Under the pieces are notes generated by a model that worked only from the letters and a program-made list of their open reading frames with translations, was not told the origin of the DNA and searched no databases. Below, one piece after another: positions 15,170 through 29,307 of a stretch of DNA of 64,000 nt. The DNA lies in assembly GCF_009914755.1 (NCBI RefSeq), contig NC_060928.1; one strand, written 5' to 3'. Source of the DNA: the human T2T-CHM13v2.0 reference genome, Homo sapiens. The translations under genes and the position numbers were made by a program. The first letter of the stretch is position 1. Each line of letters starts with the position of its first letter.

Positions 15170-17302
15170 AAAAATCTTGCTTATAGTCCCTTACAATATT
15201 GAAACTATTGCTTCTGCTCCTTTCATTGCTTAATTTATTGAATTCTTTCCATTATTAGTAAAATATATTTTGTTTCTAAAAGCTGGCAAGAAACTTACTA
15301 AAATACTACAGTCTAACATTTAGCATGCTGCAAAAACTTTGACATTGTCATACAAATAAGTGGATTCTTCAAGAGTTCAGGTTATCTTGCAGGAAAAAGA
15401 TGATTTAGTTTTATAGAGTTTCCTTCTTGAAAGAGGTCTAGTTAGAAAAGATTTCAAACCAAATAGGGGCGGAGACAGGGTAGGGAGAAAATACCACTAT
15501 GGATACTTCAAATGAAATAAGAAGGAAGGACAATAATATCTAATATTTGTTGCTTATAGTAATACTGTATCCCAAATAATCGCAAAAAAAGCTTTACTGG
15601 AAAAAAATCATTACACCTATCTGATTATAAAGAAGAAACAAAAATTGATTAGTAGTTTGCTATTTTCAAAGTGTAAAAATAGGGTAATTAATGCTAGATC
15701 ATTTGACACTTTGGTTTTCTAAAATTAAACTTCTCAGAGAAATAGATTCAGGAAGAAATTTCACAAAACAACATTAATTAAAATGGCTGGGAAAAAAACA
15801 ATACTGTAATAACAGTTGTAGAGTAGTGAAACTGGGGGAAAGTTAAGCAGCATTTTTTGCTTTGCTGATGACTGCAGTGGGGGAACTTCTATGGGGAGAA
15901 AAAGTGGATATTGGCTGTTGCCTTAATTAAACTCATGATTTATGAAGACCCTGGTTAGCCACAGCCACCCGGATATTTCAGAGCGAGAGTCAGAGCCTAT
16001 TTAGTCTGTCACTGACTCTGAGTTTGGGAACCATAAATAGGCCTGCTTGTGTTGGGCTTGTCTTGTCATGGACGTCCACTGAGATCAACGGAATGCCAGA
16101 AGTGACCCAGCAAGTAGGAGAGAGACACGTTCCTACGAGAGACACAGAAGAGCGCTCCCCACATTCTTTAAATATTTTCTCCCGGCTATCATCATAACCT
16201 CTGTCTTATCGGGATTAATCTTTTTCTGGCTCACTTTGATCCCAGTCCCCTGTTAGGCTCCTCAGATGCTGAATACGTTGTGAAACTGTGGTGTCAGGAT
16301 TAGAGATAAAAGGGGAGATGTAGACCATGTGTCATCAGCATGCTGATCTCAGAGTGAAAATGCCTGACTTTTCTTCAAGTTATCTTGCGTGCACTTTGAG
16401 CATGTGGGTGATTACCATCAGAGCCTGGCAATTCTCCCTGCGAGTCCCGGCCCTGCAGCCCACGAGAGCAGGGAAAGGCAGGATCTAGCAGGGTGTTCCT
16501 CATGGTGCCATTCCCCATGGACACAGCCTGGGAGGTCTTCTGTCCACCCAGAGAGCCTGGAGCAGGGAGACAGTAAGGGCCTGGGATGGAATGCAGCTCC
16601 AGAGGCTGCTGTTTTGCCTGTTTGTCATAGGATTACTGTATTACAGGGCTTTGAGACCAGCCTGCTATGTCCCCTCAGATCTGGCCTCTGAGGCCCCTGG
16701 GCAGGATGGCATTTTCACTGCCTCTCTTTCCCGCTCCACTGACCTTCACTCAGTATTTCCTCCTTCTCTGAAGCCCGCTTCTCATCACCACCTACAGCCT
16801 CAAGGATGCCTGCTTGCATCTTTGAGGCTTTTGTCATCGGGCTTGAAGATTTTTTTCCACATGGTCCCCTTAATCTGCTCCCATTCTTGACAGTTTAACA
16901 CTCGTGCTGAAATTTCATTCCTTGCAGAGTTGGGATTTTCATGTGAATCGTTATAGCTTCTCTCTGGTTTACCATTGGCTTCCCAGAGCTCAGCTTCTGG
17001 GCACTTAATAAATGTTCATTTAATCAATTACTATCCCAATACTTTGTTCTCTTGTAACAACAGTTTTCACCTCCATTTCTGACAATGCTTTCTTCTGATT
17101 CATTCAATAATGAGAGGTCAACACACATGTTCTCTGTTTTTCTCTAACAAAAAAGACATGCCTTCATCCCTTCTTCTGTTCAGTGGTGCCCCCTCTACCT
17201 GGGCCCTGTGTGGCATTCCCCTCTGCTTCCTCTGGATCCTTGGCTCCATTAATTTTTTTCCACATTCTCCTATCTTCAGTCGCTTCCTTTTCCCTTTCTT
17301 TT

Positions 17303-17642
<340 letters not shown>

Positions 17643-17796
17643 TGACCGTTCTTTTAAAAACGCTTCTCCACTGAAATGACTCTCCGTGGTCACAAATAAC
17701 CTCTTTATTCCTGAAGCCAGTGGACCCTTTTCAGTTTTGCTCTCATCTGTTTTCTCCACTGTCAGCCACATGCCTTTTCCACCAATTTGCCTTCTT

Positions 17797-18242
17797 TTTT
17801 TTTTTCCTCTCTCTTTTTTTTTTTTTATTTTACTTTAAGTTCTAGGGTACATGTGCACAAGGTGCAGGTTTGTTACATATATATACATGTGCACAAGGTG
17901 CAGGTTTGTTACATATATATACATGTGCCATGTTGGTGTGCTGCACCCAATAACTCGTCATTTACATTAGGTATATCTCCTAATGCTATCCCTCCCCACT
18001 TCCCCCACCCCATGACAGGCCCCGGTGTGTAATGTTCCCCTTCCTGTGTCCAAGTGTTCTCATTGTTCAGTTCCCACCTATGAGTGAGAACATGCGGTGT
18101 TTGTTTTTTTTTCCTTGCAATAGTTTGCTGAGAATGATGGTTTCCAGCTTCATCCACATCCCTACAAAGGACATGAACTCATCCTTTTTTATGACTGCAT
18201 AGTATTCCATGGTGTATATGTGCCACATTTTCTTAATCCAGT
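17797..18242 (-). mobile_element. 5'-truncated young L1PA (PA4/PA5-like) 3' end
   Basis: 'aagttctagggtacatgtgcac'; ORF2 C-term [14 protein letters not shown]; perfect 14-bp TSD caatttgccttctt (17783-17796 / 18243-18256). Confidence 0.95.
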
Positions 18243-18244
18243 CA

Positions 18245-18604
<360 letters not shown>

Positions 18605-18624
18605 CTAGATCTTCCTACCGTGGT

Positions 18625-19500
18625 GGTTCAGATGAGAGATGATGGTAGCCTGTATGTGGGTAGTGCTTATCAGAGATGGAAATAAAATTGACAAGAGTTG
18701 ATAATGTATTAGAAGCGGAGGCTAAGAGAGAGGTAAGCAAGATAATCACTAGGTTTCTGACTTGCATAATTGGGCGGTGATGTCATTCACTGAGATTAGA
18801 AGCATTCCAGGGCGACTATGTGGTAGAGAGGCTACAATGAATTCAACTTTAGATGTATTGGAGATGTGTTTAGAATGTCTTAAGGGTAAATGTCACATAG
18901 GCTTTTATTTATTTATTTATTTGAGACAGAGTTTCGCTCTTGTCGCTCAGGCTGGAGTGCAGTTGGGTGATCTTGGCGCATTGAGACTTCCACCTCCCGG
19001 GTTCAAGCAATTCCCCTGCCTCAGCCTCCTGAGTAGCTGGGATTACAGGCATGCACCACCACGCCCAGATAATTTTTGTATTTTTAGTAGAGGCGGGGTT
19101 TCACCATGTTGGCCAGGCTGGTCATGATTTCCTGACCTCAAGTGATCCGCCCACCTCGGCCTCTCAAAGTGCTGTGATTACAGGCATGAGCCATCGCACC
19201 TGGCCATGAAGGCTTTTAGATGGGTCTGGAGCTTGGAGGAGAAGTCTGAACTAAGGATAAACTAAAGGTAAGTTGCTGAGTCATCTGTAGAGAGGTGGGA
19301 ATTGAGGGCACGGATGAGACAGCCTAGAAGAAAAGGAGGAGAAGATGAGAAGAGAGTATCGAGGTATTGGAAACTGGGGAGGGCAGACAAGTCTAAAAAG
19401 GAGACTGGAAAAAAAGTAGTTGAAGATGGAGAGGGCAAATCTGGGCAGTGTTGGGACACGGAAGCTGAGGAAAAGAGCAGTTCAAGATGCTTGAAATGAA
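18625..19500 (-). mobile_element. L2 relic, interrupted by Alu
   Basis: 'cagatgagagatgatggtagcctg...ggtttctgacttgcataattgggcggtgatgtcattcactgagat...gggtctggagcttggaggagaagtctg'; approximate. Confidence 0.65.
18903..19205 (-). mobile_element. Alu, AluS (Sq/Sx-like)
   Basis: (TTTA)n tail then full antisense Alu. Confidence 0.95.
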
Positions 19501-19699
19501 CACACCAAAAATACTGTGAACTATTCAGCACGTCCTTGTTTTATAAGTAAAATTCATAGTCACATCAGCGAAATAATTTTAAATGTATGTCTGTTGACTT
19601 AAATATTGGTTTTCTTTTGTGACTGAGGTTCCAGTACTTAGGAAAGGAAATGAAAGAGAGGCAGGGCACTCAGGGCTGACTGTCTTCTCAAAGTGCTAA

Positions 19700-20043
<344 letters not shown>

Positions 20044-22639
20044 TCATTTGTGTTTTCTATTAAAACATATAACCCAGGGTATTAGACCACCATGGTGGTC
20101 ACGGCGATCACAAAATATTTTTAACTGGTTTGCTGTGAGCTGATTTAGTGTTCTGAAATTTTATTATCTTGACTGGTAGAATTATTGGAACCAGCCATAC
20201 ATGTTAGAGTGATTGACAGCTACTTCTGATGAGGCTTTTATTGGATCTCAGGCAGCCTGCAAGTCACTGTCCTTTGCATTCAGATGCATTTATTTCCACA
20301 GCCTCCAGGGTAGCTAATGTTATTTTTCCTTCCCATTCCGAAATTTTAAGATGCCTCAGCTTTAGCCTGGCTCCTAAACTGATGGACAAGAGGAGAATAT
20401 GAAGAGGAAGACGGGTCTCCTGGAATCCTCAGTTCCCAGGCTCTTCCCTCCAGTGGTCCAGGAACACTTTTGTCCCTGTCATAGATTTGTGTAATTCTCA
20501 TGATGTGTAACATATGGAAAGAAAAACCAAGTTTTGTGTAGCCTAATAGATAGCTGTTTAGGAAACCATTCCAACTGTCCAGCTTTCTGAGAGTTTGCAA
20601 ATATCACTTTACTTCTTACATTAATAGAGCCTCATGCAAATCAAATCATGTTGAACTTTATTAGCTATGCTTGATGTTATTTATGTTCTAATTAAATTAA
20701 TGAGAATCTTGCATTTCTTCACAAAATTAAATTTCTAGAGTCTCTTTTTATTGTAATGTCTACATTCCATAATCAATGAATGCTTTTAATCCTCTGCAGT
20801 GATACTTTCTAGTGTTTTGGGAATGAAGCAAAGGCTTCAGAAACATTCAAAACAATCGAGTGTTAGGCTGTGCTATTGTTTGTTTAATGGGCAGAGGTCA
20901 CTTGCTATGGGAATACTGAGGGTCTGCATGCTGGAATCATTCTCTTTTTGCCCAGGATGGGATCATTGGGTGAGTTTACTTAATCCATGGGCTTTGTTTC
21001 CCAAGACTGTGTCAGGGAACAAGACACAATTGTTTCCAGCCCCAGAGTCCTCTTGAGAGAGTGGCTCCAGCAACTTTGCTCTGTCTCATGTGATGTAGCA
21101 TCCTCCGGCATCATTTAGAAAAGTGAAAGAGCAAGTAGAAAGGAATCTATCTGATCTTCATTTCTTTGCTGTTGTTGTTGATTTGTGTCACACATTGCTT
21201 CTCAGGTGGCCCCAAGAGTAAATCAGAAATTCCAATTGAGATTGCAAATTTTGTTTTAATTCTCTGTTGCTTTTCCAGCAATCAGTGCTTTCCTTTAAAT
21301 TCTGTCTCGTCTCCTAAATGAAGGCAGCGTCGTGGCCCAGTTTGGGTCTCTGTTTAGCAACTGTGGTCTGTTTGAACTGAGGCAGTCCACATGTTACTTC
21401 CATTCTTTAGATTAATGTGATGACCGTAGTCCCTGCCAGAATCTTTTGGAACCAGTTATCCCAGGATATTGACATGTGACACGGCCATAGGACTGAAAAC
21501 TTCCTCTCTTCCAGGGCCAGCCACAGGAGAGAGAAAGGGATTAAGAGGCTACTGTTGTGTCAATGCTGCAACTTGCTTTAGGACTCTGAGCTGGTTTCTT
21601 AACTTTTCCGTTGATGAGCAATAAAACCAGTAGAACAATAACTGCCTTCAGTGATTTTACAGATTTGTGTTAGTTAATAAATATAGGAATTTAGGGAAAG
21701 CTGTTTCTGATTTATATTTGATACCGATGTAACATTTTATTGGCGGGCGCTCCTGCTGGATCCTCACTCTGTGGTTAACAGTGACTCCTTTTCTGGTAGC
21801 ACTCCCTGGCTCTGCAAGTCACGGGAAATAGCGTAAGAGCTCACTTGTCTCTTATGTTGAACAAACAGAGGCAGCAACCGCTATGGCAGAGGGTGGCACC
21901 TTCTGGCTATGTGTTTTCCTAAGTGGCCTGAAATGAAACTCCTAGAAGTTGTCTCATTGATAAAATGAATGCAATCTAGGTACCACTAATTATCTAACCC
22001 CGGGTCATCAGCAGGATTTACCACCACTGCCAGCAGCCCCAAGGCATAGGGGAAGAAAGAATTTTTTAAAAAGAAGTCATGGAAGCAACACAGAGAGAAA
22101 AACAAAGCAGCGCTTATGAATGAGATTCGCTATGAGCCCCCACCCCCGCCCCTCAGGAATAACATTTTAGATAAGCAGTGGACACGAAGCAGGCCCCGCT
22201 CTGAAAGAGCACAGGAGGTAGAAATGTCTTCCTTTTCTAGGATATAGATGGTGTGGGTATCAAAGCCATTGTTGACAGGAAGGAGGTGGTGTTGGATAAG
22301 AGACTAAAAATAGAGCCGGAGTAGTAGTTTGAATCCAGCAAACCAGCCCTCCTTCTAAAATTCTGCAGCACGATCCCATCACGTAAGAATGTGTCTCGTC
22401 CGTATGTGACAAAGACACGGTTTTATTGACCTTAAACAAATGGGCTATGTCTGCCAGAAAAGCTTGTGCCGTCTTGACTGTATTCATAAGAAATAGAGAG
22501 ATATGAATCATGCCATGTAGGTTCCAGGGCGGGGGCGTTCCCTCCCTCTCGTCCTTCGCTTTGCCTTGCATTATTGCAGACGACAGCAGTGCAGGGATGA
22601 ACTCACTTTCTAGGGAGGAAGCCGCCAGTAAATAACTAA

Positions 22640-22960
22640 ACAAAGAAGATAAGTTCCGATAATCATCGCTGTTAAACTGAGACTAAAACGAGAGATGAGG
22701 TAGTGACTGGGAGTGGAGGGGAAGTTGATTGAGGTGGATCACGAGGGATGCCTCTCTGCGGAGGCGATGCCCACATCGAAGCTCTCAGGATGAGACGGAA
22801 CCAGCCGTGTGGGCAGCTGTGGGAGGACGCAGAGATGGGCAAATGTAAAGATGCGAAGAACACCAGAAATGGTGTTTTTGAAGGACAGAAAAATATGAGT
22901 CGAGCTAGAATCTAATGAGCAAAGAGAAACGAGTTAGATGTGATTTTGGAAAGGGAAGGC
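22640..22960 (-). mobile_element. L2 relic (unusually CpG-retaining)
   Basis: 'gagggatgcctctctgcggaggcgatg...ggatgagacggaaccagccgtgtg...gtttttgaaggacag'. Confidence 0.6.
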
Positions 22961-23029
22961 AATGTGTTTCTCTGTGTGCTGATCAGTCCTGAGGTGCTGC
23001 AGCAAGAAATTGACATATAGAGGTGGATA

Positions 23030-23350
23030 CCAGAATGGTGAGGAGTTTGGAAGAAAAACCCTATGAAGAGCGCAGTCGGAACTGGGGGTTGGTTGTCTTA
23101 CGAAGAGAAGACTGGAGAGAGAGCCATGATAAATGTCTGATTATTTGAGATGTGATCTACTGGAAGCATTACACAGATGATGGTTCCATAGAGTGGCCCT
23201 CAGACCATTGAAAGGGGCCATGGCTAAGGCAGAACTCACCCGCCTTAGAAGGAAGCACTTTAACCCTTGACCTCATCCATCCAAAAATGGAACGAGCAGC
23301 TTCACAAAGCTGCGCTGTTAGTTTCTAGTCACAAAGTGTTGTTAGGCAAG
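23030..23350 (+). mobile_element. L3/CR1 LINE 3' relic
   Basis: 'gaagagaagactggagagagagccatgataaatgtct...aggaagcactttaac...aaatggaacgagcagcttc' resembles the L3 3' end. Confidence 0.55.
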
Positions 23351-23963
23351 GACAGCTTTAATTTACTAGATTTTAAGATTTTTCAGGCCAGTGACTTTGT
23401 TTTCTGTCCATGTTATATCTCTGGCAAGTACCTGCGGGTGGATGCTCAGTCAGTGTTTACTGAAATGACAAATAAGTAAATCGCAGTAGCAACTGGACCA
23501 AGGATGGCTCAGGCAACCTCTCAGATTATACCTAATTCTAGGATTTTATAATTCTGTGATATGAGTAAAAGCAGAATTATTTTCAATACTTAACAAAATT
23601 TTATTGGGAAAAATAAAGAACTGTGAACATTGGTGAGAAGTCTTAAAAATAACTTCCCAAACTCTAGCAAATGCACCCTCACCCTTTCCCTGCAAAGCTC
23701 CCCACGCAAACTCTTCTGTGTTTCCTAAGCCATGAAGTACAATAGTGCCATTGCTGTTTGTCAGTGACATAGAAAATATTATTTAACTTTATTTAATGGG
23801 GGATTTTCAGATAATTTGGACTTCAAATATGCAGTTTTGAAAGTTGATCTGAAATACATCACTTATAATTGCCTTTAGGCTTTTAAGCAAGCATATATGA
23901 AATACATTTCATTATTTTATTCACTATATTTCAGTTAAAATTTGCTTTTAAAATATAAAGTGC

Positions 23964-24075
23964 CTGGGTGCAGCAAACCACCACGGCACACGCATACCTG
24001 TGTAACAAACCTGCACGTTCTGCACATACATCCCAGAACTTACAGTATAATAAAAAAAATTTTAAATAAAAATAA
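23964..24075 (+). mobile_element. Very short L1PA 3' terminal fragment
   Basis: 'gggtgcagcaaaccaccacggcacacgcatacctgtgtaacaaacctgcacgttctgcac...agtataataaaaaa'; TSD-like ataaagtg. Confidence 0.9.
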
Positions 24076-24724
24076 AGTGTCACTAAAAAAGTATATCAAT
24101 AGTCTTAGCCTTATTGTCAAAGAAAAAAAATGGAAATTCTTAGACCATTTTCATCATTCAGAGTATAAAAAATGTTGACATGTACTCTATTGTACAGTGA
24201 TCAAAGGCATTATTGTACATTCTTTAATTTGAGGTGATTCTTCTAATGTGTAGTACCAATTATTCTGATCTCTGCTGAAAAGTGATGACATGTGGTATTT
24301 TTGTTTAACATAGATCTAGTAAGTTGGGTAATTTAAGTAGATGGTTAAATATACTCAGTACCTGAAATAAGCTTGCGTATATGAAGCTTTGATTTATGGA
24401 ACTGGCGGAGATTCAGTCAGTAACAATGTAATTTTAAAATAGCATCTGCATTGAGTGGATTACAAAGGAGACCACGATTTTCCTTCATTCATTCAACAAA
24501 TAATTACATGCCTACTACGTGCCAGCTCATATTTGAAGGCCTGGGATACCACAGTAAACCTGACAAAAACCCTGCTGTTACCGAGTTCCTCATAACTACC
24601 AAAGGGTTGCAAATGAGATGTGGAAAGTTCTTTATAACCATATATATCTACAGAGCACTTTATAGTTTACAGAGCACTTCCCCAAACACCTTTAGGCCTC
24701 TAAAACCTATGAAAAAGGTGCAAT

Positions 24725-24938
24725 AGTAATAGCAATAGGACAATAACATAATAAACATGTATTGAGTGTTTACTATGTGCCAGACCCTCCTCTACAAACT
24801 TTATATGTTTTAACTTGTGAATTTTCAGAACAACCCTGTGAGGTGTATAGTTTTATTCCGATTTTGCAGATGAAGAAATTAAGACACAGACAGATTAAAT
24901 TCCTTGGCCAGAGCTGCATAGCTAATAAGTGGTAGAGG
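24725..24938 (-). mobile_element. MIR, apparently nested in an older MIR (about 24645-25075)
   Basis: 'tattgagtgtttactatgtgccagac...aacaaccctgtgaggt...attttgcagatgaagaaatt'. Confidence 0.8.
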
Positions 24939-25106
24939 ACATGCTATCACCCACACCACCAGCTGTGGAAATGGGAGTCATGTGGTCATGAGTTACCTGG
25001 GTCGCGCAGCCAGATGGAAGTGGAATTTAGGTTTTCCGATTTCAGGGCCAGTGCTTTTCTGAATGCACTGCAGCTGCCTACCTCCAAGCAATGACATTGT
25101 TAAAAT

Positions 25107-25510
25107 GATTAGTAAGCTTTTGCTGAGTTAAGCTGTGATAACAAATAATCCCCAAATCTATGACTTACAACAAAGGTCTATTTTTTTACATATTTTGTGA
25201 GTTATATGAGTTGATAGTGGCTGTACTCCATGCTGTTTTCGTACTAGAAGGAGAAACTATTATCTCACATATTCTGCTCTCACAGCAGGAAAACACAATG
25301 GTGGACCATGCACTGGCTCTTAAAATCTTCTGCTCCATCGTAGACTGAACCGCTTCCTCTCACATCTTCTTGGCCAAAGCAAATCATACAACGAATGGGG
25401 TGGGAAATGTACGTCCCCCCACAGTGAGGGCACTAAGTGGTGGTGGTGGGGGTTGGGGACCTCTGAGGATGGGTCTGATAGAGAGGGGTTGCAAATATTT
25501 TGAGCAATTG
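25107..25510 (-). mobile_element. MLT1-type (ERVL-MaLR) LTR relic
   Basis: 'gctgtgataacaaataatccccaaatct...ctggctcttaaaatcttctgc...ttggccaaagcaaatcat'. Confidence 0.65.
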
Positions 25511-25544
25511 TGATGTTTTTATATAAATATTCTTAGTTAGTGGT

Positions 25545-25760
25545 TTTTATTTTTTATTTATTTAGTTTTTTTAGAGACTAGGTTTTGCTGTGTCACCCAG
25601 GCTGGAGTGCAGTGGTTCAGTCATAGCTGATTGTAGCCTCACACGCCTGAGCTCAAGGGATCCTCCACCCAGCCTCCCGAGTAGCTGAGACTACAAGTAT
25701 GCACCACTATGCCTGGCTACTTTTTTTTAAGAGATGGAGTCTCGCTATGTTGTCTAGGCT
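25545..25760 (-). mobile_element. Partial AluJ
   Basis: Antisense right arm plus short left-arm fragment. Confidence 0.8.
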
Positions 25761-25763
25761 TAG

Positions 25764-26142
<379 letters not shown>

Positions 26143-26978
26143 TGTTCTAGTTATTTTTCAACTGTTACATCTTTTGTTTTAATGCACCACTTGGCCTTAT
26201 TATCCTTATTTGGCAGATGAGGAAATGGAATAGAAAGAGAAACAGAAAAGTTAAGTAACTTACCTAAGGTAACACAACTCGTAAAGGATAGAGTGAGATT
26301 TTGAATGTAGGTTTTCCTTTGCCAAACCCCAGATTTCCCACTTCAGTGTACTACATGTTGGAGGGAAATCGCTAACGAATTTGGTTCATGTTTGGACAGA
26401 TCAGTGACTTTTTTGTAAAGCCAAAGAATTCTTACGTGTGAATGATTTCCAGCTAGTAGAGAAAAACCTAAACTATCTATAACCTCCAGGAAATTAGTCA
26501 TTCTGGCTAACCGCATTTTTCCAGGTTAATGAAGATTTAATATTTTAAAAATAAGCATTTTTATATTTCTGTTGACTAAAAACATTCACACTGTAGAAAT
26601 TCTCACGTAGTGCATAGAATATTAAACATGCAATGGTGAATTGATAAGGTCTCCCGCACCAACTGTCACCTGATTCCAGCTGGAAGCTTATTTAATGGTG
26701 CGGCATTTCAGATGGATAAGAATTTGTTATGCAAACAAGGGTTTGTTCACATTTGATTTTCTTAACTATCTAAAGGCTCTAAACAGTGAGAGATTTGCCC
26801 AGAGACAAGAGCCTTTCCCACCAATCAGCAGAGCCTCTCAGTGTTCCAGAGTCCCAAAGACATCTTCATTTGAAGGGTTCGGGGCCTTAATTAAAGGACT
26901 GCATTTTGAGGTCTGGATTTCCAGGTTATCAATTTTGGGAACTGAAAAAAACCTTTCCACTTAGAAAGTCATCATGGG

Positions 26979-27272
26979 GGCTGGGCACAGTGGCTCATGC
27001 CTGTAATTCCAGCACTTTGGGAGGCAGAAGCAGGAGGATTGGGTGAGGCCACGAGTTCCAGACCAGCCTGGGCAACATAGCGAGACCCTGTCTCTACAAA
27101 AATAAAAAATTATCCAGGCATTGTGGCATGTGCCCGTAGTCCTGGCTACGTGGGGGACTGAAGTGGGAGGATCACTCGAGCCCAGGTGGTCCAGGTTGCG
27201 GTGAGCCATGATCACACCACTGAACTCCAGCCTGGGTGACACAGCGAGACCCTGTCTCAAAACAAAACAAAA
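26979..27272 (+). mobile_element. AluJ
   Basis: 'gggcaacatagcgagaccc', 'gggaggatcactcgagccc', 'gccatgatcacacc'. Confidence 0.93.
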
Positions 27273-27648
27273 GCGATGATGGGAAGTTGTCTTTTACTGT
27301 TAAAATGGAAAAGTGTGGGAGAAAATTAAATTACGGCTATGCTTTTTCATACTAGGTGGGCCTTCTTTCCCAGTATAGAGTCACCCTTTTACAACTCTGA
27401 ACTTAAGATATAAAATGAGATGGTCGATTGTTTAGTAATCACTAGAATTCTATTCCCTCCTCGAGGTGTAAGTGCTGTCTTCTTAAATGGGAGAAATCTG
27501 TTTAAGTTTCATGATACATGCTGACACTGTGTATCTTACAAGTAAAGATGCTCTCTCCAACTTTGGGTTAAAACATGCACAGAACATAAAATTCTTGGTG
27601 ACTGTAAATGAGATCTATCCATTACAGTGGGTTACTTTATTCATTTCA

Positions 27649-28044
<396 letters not shown>

Positions 28045-28554
28045 TTATTTAAGTATACACACGACTTTCTTTCATTATGCTCCTTATGAGTCAAACAAAT
28101 ATGGAGTGCAAAGCTTTTAAGACCTCTAAAATCTCTCCATCAGTTGTATGCTGCTGTGAGAGTAGAAATTGCTTTCATGGAGATTTGAAAGGGAAAAAAA
28201 TTTAAATAACGATGTGATTTAGTGTGCAGTTGGCAAATCAGCATACTTAAAATACATGAATATTAAAATAAAGAATGCAATAAACATAACTACTGACTTA
28301 CAATTTATTGAGCAACTGACTTTTAAATAAGATTTTTTCCACTCAGACTTTCTTCATAGACCTTCAGAGTCCCTCCTATTGTTATTTTTTTCCAGATCAC
28401 TGTTACGTAGAGGCTTATCCTACTCACAGAATTTACCTGCATATTTAAATGGCATAATTATTATAAAAAGGCTCTGGGATACCTTTGGGCTCAGTACTTT
28501 AGCTGAGAAATTTTATACATAAAATGACACCTGGCTAATAAAAGGAAGCAAATC

Positions 28555-28790
28555 GGCATTTATTCAGTGTCCGTTAAGTGCCAGGAGCTTCACCGTGTGT
28601 CTCATTTAATCACATTGCAACAGTCACAACAGTCCTTTCAATTTGGAGCAGTAGTTGCTCTTAGTTCGGCAGACAAAGAAACCCAGCTTCATGTAGGTGA
28701 AGAATCGGCCCAAAGTCACAGAATTTGTAGAGCAAGGATCTGGACCCAGGCCTCTCTGTATCAAAGGCCTTGGCTATATTTTCCCATGAA
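28555..28790 (-). mobile_element. MIR relic
   Basis: 'catttattcagtgtccgttaagtgccagg...tctcatttaatc...gcccaaagtcacag...aggatctggacccagg'. Confidence 0.65.
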
Positions 28791-28943
28791 CTCTGCCGGC
28801 AGACACGAAACTACCTCTGAAAGGAGAAAGAAAATGATTTTTTTATTTGTTTGTTTTAAACAATAGAGGCTTTATCTCTCTTGTGTCACATTTTACTTTA
28901 GGGTTTAACACAAGTCTGTGAACATCCAGAAACACTGGCTTCA

Positions 28944-29307
<364 letters not shown>

